This document shows, piece after piece, positions 51,847 to 64,000 of a stretch of 64,000 nt of DNA. Made by a program: the position numbers and the translations under genes. The notes beneath the pieces were generated by a model. The model was not told the origin of the DNA. It was given only the letters and a program-made list of their open reading frames with translations, and did no database searches. Every line of letters starts with the position of its first letter. Position 1 is the stretch's first letter. This stretch comes from Fimbriosthenelais zetlandica (Eukaryota). The stretch lies in contig OZ365112.1 in the NCBI GenBank assembly GCA_977030845.1, positions 20,026,001-20,090,000 on the forward strand, written 5' to 3'.

Positions 51847-54333
51847 AGGGGGTGTGATATCCTGTACATGTATACATGTTCTAGAACACTTGGACACCAA
51901 TAATGTATGTTGCACTAAAGGGTATTATAATCGCAGAGTCTACACGCATGCAGACATGAGGCGCATTTAAATATTATTATATTCTGTATTAAATGAGTAT
52001 TTTTGTAAGGGTTGAGGTGAGATGCATGCCTATTATACATGTTAAGAGAATGTGTATTGAAAATGATGAGATAAAGTTTTATCCATGATCGAAGGGACTG
52101 TAACATGCATGGACACGAACCTGGAATAGTTATATTTTAATGAGTGAAAAATGAGATATTTTATGTACAGAGAGAATAGTTGCTTATACATGTAGTTAGG
52201 TACATGCCATCCGTTGTGATATTAACAGTCCACAACCAAGAAGTATACTCCAATTAATTATGATTCCATATGTCTTGATAGGCCTTTCTTCATAGACAAA
52301 TTAGTTACAAGAACAAGCTTTGACTTGTATTCATATCTGTGATTCGTGAAGCCCCCAAAACGTTCATATCATATTGCGCTGTATCGCTGAAATCCCATTG
52401 ATTCATAATGTATACTAGATAACAGGGTATACGATATGATGCATTTTGTCTTGTACAGTGCCCAGTAATATTGTATGACAATCTAATACCTCCCGTGTCA
52501 TCTCATGTAGATTGTATAGTGGGTTATTCCGTGTTGAAAAAAGCAAACATATATGTATGGAACTATATTATATAGATTGTCCCTGAAGATATAATTATGT
52601 AAGATGGCATTAGTATATATGTATTGTATCTTGCCATTATAAGTTGAAAATATAACATGTTCGTGCTGAATCATTAGTTAAATTATTATTTTATTTAAAG
52701 ACAAATATTATAACTTTTTGAAAGTTAATTCCTGATGTGGACGGGGAATAAGAAAACAAAATACGTCCATGTTGAAGAATTCCTTCTCATTTCCCCCACC
52801 CTCTACTGCTGCTTAGAAAAAGATTATCCTCACAGACCTATCCACCCAGCCAATCCCTCATTAAATATATCCTTTGGAATGCATACCACGAAACTACAGA
52901 ACTGCGAAAATTTGGGCATTTCAGAAATCATCATATCTTACAGGATTCACCAAATGTGTAAAAGTACAAGGCATAATATGAGCTAGTACTCTATCAATTT
53001 AGAGAGACAGAAGATTAGGCTACCCTAGCAAAGGGAAGCACATCTTGGCATGAGGAATAAAACTATATTCTACTATTATACTATTCTACTATATCCCTAA
53101 CTATTTGTGAGTACTGTACGCAAGCAGGTCGAACCTAAGAACCTGCAAATAACCCAGCAATTTACACAGGGTTTGCGGGGAGTTGGGGGCGGCGTTGGGG
53201 GGATAGAAAGGGTAAGACGGGAGCACTTCTTGGTCTCCGTTGGTCAATATGCTCTAGGCCAAGCCAATATGTTTTTGTGTTTAATTATGTTGGGATCTAT
53301 GTCGGAATTTGACCAAATGTATAGATTTCTAAAAGTAGTGATGTCAAAATCCAAGGGCGAAACATCCAATCTTCTTTTCACAAAACAGGTATTTTATTTC
53401 AGCATAGTTTATGGAAACAATGTTAACTTCTTTTCATGACTGATAGGCCATTCTTAATATAGCTTGAGATTTGAGGGTAGGCAATTTGTCCTGACCGAAA
53501 CATTACTTGGCCTTGTCCAAGTGCCTCACAATCCACAGTTAGTCAACAAACTTGGCTGGTAAGCAGAACGTCTGTTTATTCGTCTTTGTGCTCACCATAC
53601 CTCTAAAGAACTTCATACAGGACTTCCTCTACAATCTTACCTTGTATTACCTAGAGGGAATGGTCATATCTAAGGTAAGTTTTCATTAATTTAATTAATA
53701 TATTATATATAATTTTCTTAGCATTGAACCTCGATCTAGTAATGTGCAGCTTACTCGCCGTCCATTCTTCTGTTTTATGGATTTTCCAATTTGTATGGGA
53801 GTGATTGAGCTTCAGCTGGGGATATTTTCTTGTTGAGACAGATTTGGAAGTATTGTATCAATATCTTGATATACATTCTAGGCATTTTTTTATTACTGAA
53901 ATGTTATAAAACTATAACTACATTTTATACTTCATAGAGTTTACATTTTTGTATTTTGTTCTACAAGTTTTCTTTTCGGAAACCCTAATATTCTTAATAT
54001 GTTTTTAATTGTCCTCTATGGGCATGGGGCTTTTAACGTTAAAGGGAAGGACCTTTTTTCTAATGTTAGCGATTGGATCACAGCTTTTGAGAACTACGTT
54101 GTATACAATGGATGTACATCTCCCCCTGTACATTAATTATGGGATTATGGTTTTCTGTTACATTTTATAGCATCCAAAAGTCTAAATAATATATGTGCTG
54201 CATTCTACCGGCTTGTCGCTTTACCAAATAGCAGTACCTACAGGTGCAAATTATATAAAAGACTAGTGGTACTGTTGTTTGACTGCAATTGTCCCATTCA
54301 TAAAGACTAACTTTGTTTTTTTTTAAATTCAGG

Positions 54334-55529
54334 ATGGTGAGCCACAAGCCAGCATATATTGTACTGATCGCAATAACATGGCTGATTTTATTAGCTGTGT
54401 TCTTCTTCAACGCCATCTTGTCATTTGACCAAGGAGTTCTGAATTGGGGTGAGTCTAACTTTTGATCTAGTGCTGCTATCTGTTGCTACTTATCTTTTTG
54501 TCTCGCGTATCTTATTACATTAATAAACGAATAATAAGCTTTAAAATGCACTTAACTAATAAGACGTCAAATTATTCATCATTTCATCCTCCATTTCAGG
54601 AATTTTCTTGAATAACAGTAGAGACAGTTTTAATGCATACTCATTGGAGATAACGCCTGCAGGATGGACATTCAGTATCTGGGGCGCCATCTACGCTTGG
54701 CAGGTAAAGTATTATACGATAACCCAGCAATTTACTCATTATTCATCCATCGGTTGTTAAATGATACATCGAGTTAAGAAACATCTTTTATCAATAATAA
54801 AAAATGATTATATTTTTTCAGGCTCTGTTGATGGTTTATACCTTGACCACTATCTGTCGTAAATCTGACAAGGGCTACCTCTACTACAGTCCACCCTTCT
54901 TACATTGGTCATTCTACATCTTTTACTCGGTCAATCTAGCCGGTAACATTGCTTGGATCTTCCTCTGGGATCGAAACCTCATCCAAATCGCCTTCCCTGT
55001 CCTTGCCTGCATTGCTGCCAGCCTGTACGTGTGCATTGGGATCTCCGTGTATGGCATCTACAAGTATTACCCTGATCTCGTGCGGTGCGGTCATGCTAAA
55101 GAACCATGGCTTGTCATTGCTTTCGTTCACAATGGCCTTGGTGTATATGCTGCTTGGGCATCCTTCGCTACTTTGCTGAATATGGCCATATTCCTTACCT
55201 TCTCTCTTGGTGTGGATCAAACAGCGGCTTCCACCATTGCCTTGGGAGCTTTAACCTTCGTGATCTTCATGTATATGATGTTTGATCTGGTATTGTTTGA
55301 GAGGTACCTGAGATTCATGTTGACCCCTTACCTGGTGGTTATTGTAGCTCTCATTGGGTCGCTCGATAAGAACTGGAATCCAAATAAGAGTAGTCCTCTC
55401 TTCAGTGTCAGTCTCTTGGCTGTTGTAACAATGGCAATGGTCATCAAGATTTCTCTTGTTATATGGAAACAACGAGTTGAGCCTGTCTTTTGTGGAGTTG
55501 GAAGGAAGGGTGAAATTGTTGAAGAGTAA
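54334..55529 (+). CDS. Uncharacterised multipass membrane protein, TspO/MBR-related fold suspected, 308 aa
   Basis: join(54334..54448, 54600..54703, 54822..55529), in phase, with about 8 hydrophobic segments. Motifs ITPAGWTFSIWGAIYAWQ, NIAWIFLW and NGLGVYAAWASFATLLN resemble tryptophan-rich sensory protein-like families. A probable non-coding exon ends at 53674. Confidence 0.8.
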
Positions 55530-58500
55530 GACATAGGCTTACTTTTGTCTCTATGGTATAGCCCTGTAGTGTTCAGGCATGTCGATCTCTTTCAATTTAT
55601 GAATGCACAAATCAGGAAGGTACAAAATGCTTTATACATGTATACATATTTATCGGTATTTGTATTCCTATTGTTTTCATGAAGTAGACCATGGTTCATT
55701 AACTACAATAATACATTTGTGAATAATATGATTTAGCATTAAGTATCCAATTTATATTTTTGTTAGTAATATGAAGGATTAACAATTTAACATGAGAATT
55801 ATTTATATTGATTATTTATTAGTTGCGAAAAGAGAATACTGCCAACGTGTTAATGGTGGTAGTTCTGAAGTAGGTGGGTGGGGGTTTGTTTCTATCATTG
55901 TAATATTTACATAACTAAATGTGGGCTCTCTCTGATATATAATAATATACAGAACGTTGTGTAGGTGTTCTCCTGTTATTAATCCTTCGACATCAACGTA
56001 TGAACAGGGGTTTGTTACTGTTTTTCTCGTTCAATTTCATCATAATATTCCCATTAGCCTATAGGCCTTATTTGATATTTCATAATGTATTAATTTAGAG
56101 TTAACTAGTTGTAAATTTATTTTAGTTTGATCTATTTCACATTCTTTTCACGACAATTGGAAATATAATAGTTAATATTGATGAATCTGTTGTTGCTTAT
56201 TTTATTCCATCAAATCAGGTTGATTCATCTGGATTCAGTCACTGCATTGAGATTATATTAAGACGCTGTGATTATATTAGGATAATTCTTGAGGTAATTA
56301 GTCGTTATTCATTGCAGGGAGCAAGGAATACCTGATGGAAATCTGATTTTAAATAGTTTCCTGATTTATAGCTAGCTTCGATGAAAACATGAATATACAT
56401 TACAGAACTGCGATGCAAGTCTAAGGACTCAACAACACATACCAACACTGCTACACTACCAAGCATCAACTCATCTCTCCCTCAACAACACTACCCCGAA
56501 AATAGTGTCTGGGGGAAGAGGTGGAGGAGGGGAGATGGAGGTTGGGAAGGACTAGAGTTTAGAGCAAGGGGCCAGAATCATGCCATTTTGTTTTAGTGAA
56601 ATTTGGTTTATTCCAATTTGTCACTGATCACCAAAGTTAGGCTTTTTACATGCGCAATGGTTTCAGCTTTTTCTTGCCAAATTTGGATACCTTCATTGTT
56701 GTTATATGGCCATTTAAATGAGGAACTCTTCACTTCTTAACATTGGTAAGTTACCTAACAAATTTTATACCCTCGCATTTCCTCAGTAATTATTTGAGCC
56801 CTCCTATCGCAAGTTTATTCAAATATTGTTATTTATAGGTACCTCATGTTCCTATACATAAGGAGTGCTCCCTGCCTGCGAGTTGAGCAGCAGAAAGTAA
56901 AGATGGCTGGAAGGGGTGCAGCTCCAGGGTCCTACTCACCTGGAGGGACAGACTCAGGTAAATGTTATATATTATACCCTCAACAGGTGTCATTCTTAAC
57001 GCAGGCTTGACAGTTATCAAAACGTGCAATACTCTTACCTACACCCACCTGCAATGCGCGAGCATTAATTACATTAGCATTCTTCAGTCACTTGCTCCGG
57101 GGGGTGAGAGTTTAGTACAGGTGTATAGCTATAGCGAGTCCTATAGCAGCCTACATAGAGAGTATATACTTGTTCTTACGATATGGTGCGTTTGTATGTA
57201 TACATGCTATGACAGATGTGTTTACATAGTCACTTTACTTAGGCTTAGTCTTAACTTGAATGCACTGATTATTCTATTGTCGGAGTTCGTGTACAATAAT
57301 TTTCAAAGGTGGCAGTACGTGTTTCTAATTGATGGGCCTCGGTAGAATATTTGAAAATTCCATTGGAAAATCTCTGCAATATGAATATCACAAGTAAAAA
57401 CGTAGACATTTGTTTTCTTTATTAAATATAGATGAGTGAGAAACTTGGCCATAGAAACGACCAAACTGGGATGATTCTGTTCTCCATCCAGCGACCCCGT
57501 CATGCAATATCCAAGGACATCACACAATCCAAAATGCACTATGGACTTTGATATGAACCCTTGTTATCTGAGAGTTATCAGATCTGGTTAATGCATACGG
57601 TAGGTCTATATTCATTTTTCTCCATCCTTTACAATTTAAATGTTTTTAAATTTTGAAATCCATAGAGGATACATGGTTATCGCTATCGAATTTAATTTAG
57701 GTACAGCTATGTGAAAATGTTATTTAATTTTTGCCTAAAAGTGTAATTGGTCAGCACGGTGTTAGGTTTAATCTTTCGCTCAGATCACATGGACTAGTCA
57801 CATGAATGTTTACCAACATTGAACCATTGCATTTCCCTAAACATGGATGATCCTATATAGTGTTATTTCTGGTACTATATGGTTTTCATTTTTTCATTTT
57901 TCGTCACATTATTTGAGCTAGTGTTTTAGGCAGGAAAACTTGAAGATGGATATTCTGCTGTATCCATTTTCATTTGATCGAAAATATCACGATATAATAC
58001 AAGTAGTGACCCTGTCACAAGATCTAACTTGAGCAACATCGGATATGTTCCAGGGTACTGTCTGGTGATTTTAGAGATAAACTTTTCCATAATAGAGTAC
58101 GTTTATACATGCATATCATGAACCCGGGATTGTGAATCAAGGGGCTTCCCAGAGAACAACAGATACAATATGATCTGGCTTAAATCTGCAGTATGTTCCA
58201 CTTGAAATGGATATATAAAAATGTCTTGCTTAAAGCATCATATTTTCTTCCGTTCCCATGAGAAAGAGCCTTCCGGTTGTATTTTCTTTACATGTATATT
58301 ACTGTATATTAGCAGTTTCTAATGTTCCTCTTATTTGTCATTTTAATTGCTTCCTCCCCTTTTGTATGCAGCTTTGGGTATATACATTGGCATATTTGAC
58401 ACTGCAATACAGCAGCTATATTATTATAGAAAAAATCACATCGTTTCCTATCAGAAATATCAGTACTTATGCCCGTCACACAACAAATGATAAATCAGGA

Positions 58501-60025
58501 ATATATCATAGATATTTTTCGCACATTCTTTATGCTTCTTTGTTTATCCTATCCCTCGGTCGATTCTGCTCCCTACCCCCTCCCCTCCCCCCGGAACCAC
58601 CCTCCACAGATCCGTCCTATAGTGCTTCCATAGATAATTGTGGTTGTGTCCCCATGGCCTTCATATGTCAATTATTCGTTGCAAAATTACCCTCCAGAAC
58701 ACTGAACAAGCATCTTTCTAGGTCAGCTGTTGGAAACTTGCTTTTAATGTCAATGCTGATCGTACTAAAACTATTTGCACTATAGACTATAGTCTTTTTA
58801 AACAAAAAACAACATTAACATTGCCTGTGTATTACATATGTATTATGTAGTATATTTTTGCGGAAAATGAAATTGATAAGAGATTTCCTTCTGTTAAGTT
58901 GTAATCAGATGTTCTCACAATATAATTATTTACTTTTAATCTTCGCTATTTAACGGTCCTATCACCGGAATAGTTGTTCCAAAGATCTAAGGATGTAAAG
59001 GGGGTAATTTTGTCTGTCACTTGGATTAAAAAAATAAGTCTTCGGCAACCCCTTGTATTGATGAATCATGGAGCACAGAGGGAAATTCCCCTTGCATTCC
59101 TACAGGAAATGTCCCATGTGAAAATGAGGAACCAGTAATACAAGCCCATATGATATGTGAAAGGAAAGATAGGTTTTTTTTCTAGCATATGAATCATATT
59201 ATTACAGTGAACATATCATCAGAACTTTTTATTTCTTTGATATGCTCTTAAAGGAATCCTCAATTCCTTGAGATTTGTTTGCTATATGCAAACTCAGGTA
59301 CTCAGGTACAGTTATTGCCAACAATATGTGAGAAGGATTTGGCTTGCTCTGCACAGTCTTAATACTATTTGTGACCCATTTATAATTTTACCGCCGTACT
59401 ACATTCCTTCTCACTATATATATTCTGGTAGCAAACATATCATTACTTCAAAAAGAGTTATAATTGAGTCAAAATTTTACAAGCCAACATATCTCGTCCC
59501 TTTAGGACATAGGTTACATCTTGTTGGATTTCTATTTGGAAGTAATTTTATAAGAAATGGTAACAATATTGCCATATAAAACACGGTAGGCTGACTAATA
59601 TATTTTGCAGTAATATAATATGCATTTTCCTAGTCCGAGTGAAGACTTTCGCCCTTAATTTGAACATTTTACATGCCTTGATTTTGAAATAATGCTAAGG
59701 CTTTAAAAGTCATGCACGGCATGACATATTATACATGTATATATATTCTATTGTCTACTTATACAATCAGCTGAAAATCTCATACCGTGAGATTAAACTA
59801 TTAATTAATGGCAAACGTAGCCTTGAATGCGCTTATCCTACTGCACTCTAGTTACCAGTTAGGCTTTGCTCTCCTTTAATTCAGTCTATTAGCCTACTGT
59901 ACCCACTATTTTCAGCCTCGATATCGAGTTCGCAACATCTCTGACAGTGGTTAAATCATTTATGTTTCATAAACATTAAAAAACTAATTGTTTGTTTTCA
60001 TCTTATTCTGCAGATATACGCAGTG

Positions 60026-60994
60026 ATGGGTCAGTGCATTTCCCTTCTCCAGGAGAAGGACCAATGTCCACGTCTCAGACGTGCCATTAAGCAGGACGAT
60101 GTCAACTGCGTGCAAAAAATACTCAGCCAGGGTTTTGATGTCAACTACCCCTTAGATTCTCTAACGGGAAACACTGCTCTCATTTTAACCACCTGCTACG
60201 GGGCTGCTCGCTCGCTTCCTCTGCTACTCGATTATTCACCCAACCTGGATGTCTGTAACTATGACGGACGTACAGCCTTGGATAAAGCTATTCTCAGCTA
60301 TGCCTTAGCACATAATTTTTGTCTACATAAACTTGCAGAAGAACAAAGGCGTTACTTCGTTTTACGGGTGCTAGTCAGTTCGGGGTGCCAAAAACTCAGT
60401 ACCAAAGAATTGGAACTTTGTATACGTATGAATGAACACGACCGAGTTTTCCTTAGTAATTTCGTCCATGTTATGAAATCGAGTCCGAGTTTGAGTTTAA
60501 AAAGTGCCGCAGTGAAAGTCCTAATTAATGTGGACGTTCACCATTCCTATGTGAAAAATCTGCTCACAGGAGGTGCTTCATTGGACGACTTCCGGGACAC
60601 GTGGCGCTTGACGTCATGGCGGAGCAGGCGGCCACTGACAGTTGAACTGGTGAGCACTCTAATACGTGCCACCAGTGACGTCACAGTACTACAAATCATG
60701 AAGGAACATTATGACAGTGTAATGCGCTCACCATGTACACCTATGCCAACCTCGGTAGCTGTTCTTCTGTTCTTAGCTGGGTATAAAAATAACTCAAAGC
60801 TTAAAGTGCGAAAAATCAGAGACAGTTTTTATCAGAATCTCTTGGAGGACGTTGTTAGGAATGGCCCGCCGAGCTTGAAGCATTTCTGTAGGACATCGAT
60901 AAGAAAACACTGTGTTCCCAATGTTTACCATGCTGTTCACAGCCTGCGGCTACCGAAACAAATCAGAGACTACATTACCTTTGAATCTCCATGA
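60026..60994 (+). CDS. Ankyrin repeat and SOCS box-containing protein (ASB-like), 322 aa, single coding exon
   Basis: Ankyrin motifs GNTALILTTCYG and GRTALDKAI, C-terminal SOCS box PPSLKHFCRTSIRK...LRLPKQIRDYI. Acceptor CAG at 60011-60013; probable UTR exon 56840..56958. Confidence 0.85.
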   Translation: MGQCISLLQEKDQCPRLRRAIKQDDVNCVQKILSQGFDVNYPLDSLTGNTALILTTCYGAARSLPLLLDYSPNLDVCNYDGRTALDKAILSYALAHNFCLHKLAEEQRRYFVLRVLVSSGCQKLSTKELELCIRMNEHDRVFLSNFVHVMKSSPSLSLKSAAVKVLINVDVHHSYVKNLLTGGASLDDFRDTWRLTSWRSRRPLTVELVSTLIRATSDVTVLQIMKEHYDSVMRSPCTPMPTSVAVLLFLAGYKNNSKLKVRKIRDSFYQNLLEDVVRNGPPSLKHFCRTSIRKHCVPNVYHAVHSLRLPKQIRDYITFESP

Positions 60995-62299
60995 TTACGA
61001 AGGCAGCTGCGATTTCCTTTTTTTTTTTTTCAAGTCTGCCTAGCGAAGTATTATTAAATGTAACTTTATGAAACTATACATGTACTTAGTTTTATGCCTT
61101 CCATCGCAATGAAGTCATACATCCTAGTTTGTGGGTATATGTGAGCTCGATGCTTTCAGTTCATTCAGTTCTAGGCCTATACTCGTTGGTCCACATATTT
61201 AGCCACAGAAAGTTGAGCCTGGAGGCTATTTCTTGTGGAGGAATCGTCATGCCATGCGTTAGAAAGTTTTCAAATGACAATAATGTATATATGCGCGTAT
61301 TGGTCCATCCATCTTTTCATTATTTTTTGGTTGGAAATCCCAATAACTTTCCAATGGTAGTGCTTATACACATGTGAGCAGCTCAAAAATCCCAGACGTT
61401 TTTACTGTTCCGTGAGATCAGTTTCTGTCTTCCCCACTGACACGGATGGAGAGGCTTGTTTTTTGACCAGTTCTAGTAACTCTTTTTGACACGAATCAAG
61501 TACATAATCCATTGGTCTTGCATTTTGGACGACCTATCAAAAACAGATTTTTTTTGCTCAGTCTAGGCTACCTAAATTTCCAAGCACAGATAATCTTAAA
61601 TACATCTGTGTAGAATGTACCCGGGTCGTTACGATTATCATTCATTAGAATTATTGCAATCTGGGAAAATATTTGGGGGATGCTGGGGTTTCCCCCGAAG
61701 TATGGTACTATGTTATGGTGTTACTCTAGACTCATGGGATATGACCCATAATCACAATCCGCCACACGCCCTCCATGAATGGGGACAAGAAAGTTCCTGG
61801 GCTTCCTTCAACATGTTGTATGACATTGACGGAATATATGGATGTCTGGCTATCATATTTCCTGGTATATCCGTTCTTTTCAGCCTATTTTCACGGTGCA
61901 ATAATACCCAACGTCCGACTATATAGACAAGGCAAAGAATATTGCCGTTGTTGATATAATATGATTATCTTCTAGAATTACCATATTTTGAAAGTCCCTT
62001 GTTATAGATGCTTGACAGTTATAATATTCTCCTATAACGGGCATATAATTATTATACCATTTTCTTCTAAAGAAGAAGAAATATAGCATCTTGTTATAAT
62101 TAACTATCTGTAACGTCACTCACCAATGCCAATGCATCAATTTATATCATTTTAACATCAAAGATAGGAGGTTTTTTCCATCTATCCATTTCCCCTGTTC
62201 TTAGCCAGTATAACCAGCCCTCCATGGATACTCTACAATGTACTGTACCGGTCTACCCAATGTTACGTGCCAAACCACCATTGTTGATCTTGGAGTTGG

Positions 62300-62410
62300 T
62301 TTTGTGGTTAATGTACATAGCGTTTACCCCACGAACCACTCGCCAGTCACACTCTCACTGGATCTGGGGGGTTTCCCTTGGTTTCCATCCAGTACCCACC
62401 CCTTCTACAT
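62300..62410 (+). mobile_element. Possible degenerate SINE body fragment
   Basis: GGGGGTTTCCCTTGGTTTCCATCCAGTACCC loosely resembles the GGTTTTCTCCGGGTACTCCGGTTTCCTCC core of widespread invertebrate tRNA-SINEs; highly diverged. Confidence 0.25.
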
Positions 62411-64000
62411 ATGGGACCCTCTTCCGTTAATTTAGACTAGAGTAAAATGAGATTTAGATAAGGGTTGCCTCTTTCTTATCACTTGTTGCATCATTTTATA
62501 ACATAATATAAGTCAAGTTTGATGCCCCAAACAACAAAAACATCCAGGTACTTCTACCTTATCCCGTAATAAATTAGTAATTAAGTGATCACTGATAACA
62601 CCAGATAACTCTATTCCTTGATATTCTCTCTCCGTAATGTGAGACCAGGACTGAGATACTGTGTGATATGATAGAGGAGTGGCACCTGAAAATTGGGCAG
62701 TTTTATCTTCATTTTTTCTTACTTTGACCACAAGAACATCCCTTCCTACTTTGGCCCTATACGTGTATGCCAGGAAGCCTCTCCCATTTCCCCACTTGAT
62801 CTCGAAGTACTTCTCTGAAAGGAGCGGTCTTAGCTGGATTTCTACATTTAAACTATAATGTCATGATGCCTGCATGGTGCATATATGTATATATCATATC
62901 CTCTGCTGCCTCGACACACAATAATTATCATCTCATCATATTCGAAATATGTTGTCAGTAGTGTCCTGTAGAAGAAATGTAACAAGTATAAACTTACAAT
63001 TTAGAATTGTAATTCTTGTAGATACATTCATCACATTAATTCCCCTCTTTACCCCCTTTTCTTAACACGCTTGGATTTTCCTCGTCGTTTATTTAATATA
63101 ATTATCCCCACTCTTCCCAACGATGCCTGTCATCCTATCACATTTACCGGATGTTCCGTATGTGGGGAAAACCAGGATTTGGACCACAATGACAAATACC
63201 GTACTATGTACGGTATATAAGAAGTGTCCTGCAAGTTTCTCCCAGTTTTATACACCATTCACGCACGGTTGACAGCACTCTGAAATATATATATATATCA
63301 GCGACTATATAGGCCTAAACTGTAACAGAAACCACAGTTCTACAGATCACTACAACCAACTTAGTTGTGGAAGTCCTGTTCCATATATCATCTTTGTCTC
63401 AGCTGGAAGATCGGAAAGAAAAAGGCCACTTTAAAAGGTAAATATTCCCATTTCAGTTTTCACAACAACATTGGATTTTTGTTGCATAATTAGCTATTGT
63501 ATGCATAGAAGATTTAATAAAATTTTAGAATGTTCAACTGGGAATATTAAGAAATTATGGACCGATAGAATATTAAAGTTAACTTGAAAAAAAAGAAGTT
63601 TTACATTGTACCACTGAAACCTAGCTACTGTGAATTCCTGAATTTCTAATATATGTGGCATATTCACTTTATACGACCGATTTGTTGATCACATCACAAT
63701 TCTGAGTAACACATCATAATCCTGAGTAATGTTGCTCATGAAATTATATCATCTGATTTTAATAAGAACATCCAAATTTGATGTAAGACTGGTGTTTTAT
63801 AATACCACCCCACAAGAAAGATGATTACTGAGCCGTATTCCAATACGAAGACCTTTTTTTTCTTAACTATTTGGCATACATTTTCATAGCCTGGGGAACT
63901 TTTCCGTGTGAACTTTACCATCAGGACATCCTTTACTGTCATGCACTAATAACTACTAAGACCCATCCACACACTCATCAAAAGCCCTGGAGACAGCAAT

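Noticed and set aside
58258-58785. 175-aa plus-strand ORF
   Set aside because: Composition is typical of translated intronic AT-rich DNA, no domain, and it lies within the probable intron of the ASB-like gene.
63380-64000. Possible start of another gene at the window end
   Set aside because: A donor-like site (AAAG|GTAAAT near 63437) exists, but no interpretable ORF lies within the window.
1-64000. CRISPR arrays, rRNA, tRNA, operons
   Set aside because: None seen; the repeats lack a repeat-spacer architecture and the sequence is spliceosomal eukaryotic DNA.

Overview
Intron-rich, AT-rich animal genomic DNA from an invertebrate bilaterian; the exact taxon cannot be determined from sequence. 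I assembled ten spliced or single-exon protein-coding genes by hand using splice sites and reading-frame phase: a Cys-rich secreted prepropeptide (-), RRP7A (-), NAA60 (+, with an AT-AC minor-spliceosome intron), a REXO5-like DEDDh exonuclease (-), CYBC1/EROS (+), WIPI2 (+), NPLOC4 (-), an uncharacterised 464-aa protein (+), SYT17 (+), a TspO-related multipass membrane protein (+), plus an ankyrin/SOCS-box protein (+). There are two head-to-head gene pairs and several non-autonomous transposon-like elements: a TA-flanked Tc1/mariner-type MITE, a tandemly duplicated multi-palindrome element and a small TIR element. The most unexplained signals are a ~250-nt GC-rich multi-hairpin element in intron 1 of the uncharacterised gene (candidate novel structured ncRNA), the two-module CxCC...CCxxC prepropeptide and the 839-bp tandem palindrome array. 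No rRNA, tRNA or CRISPR array was seen. All family assignments come from remembered motifs; no database search was run.
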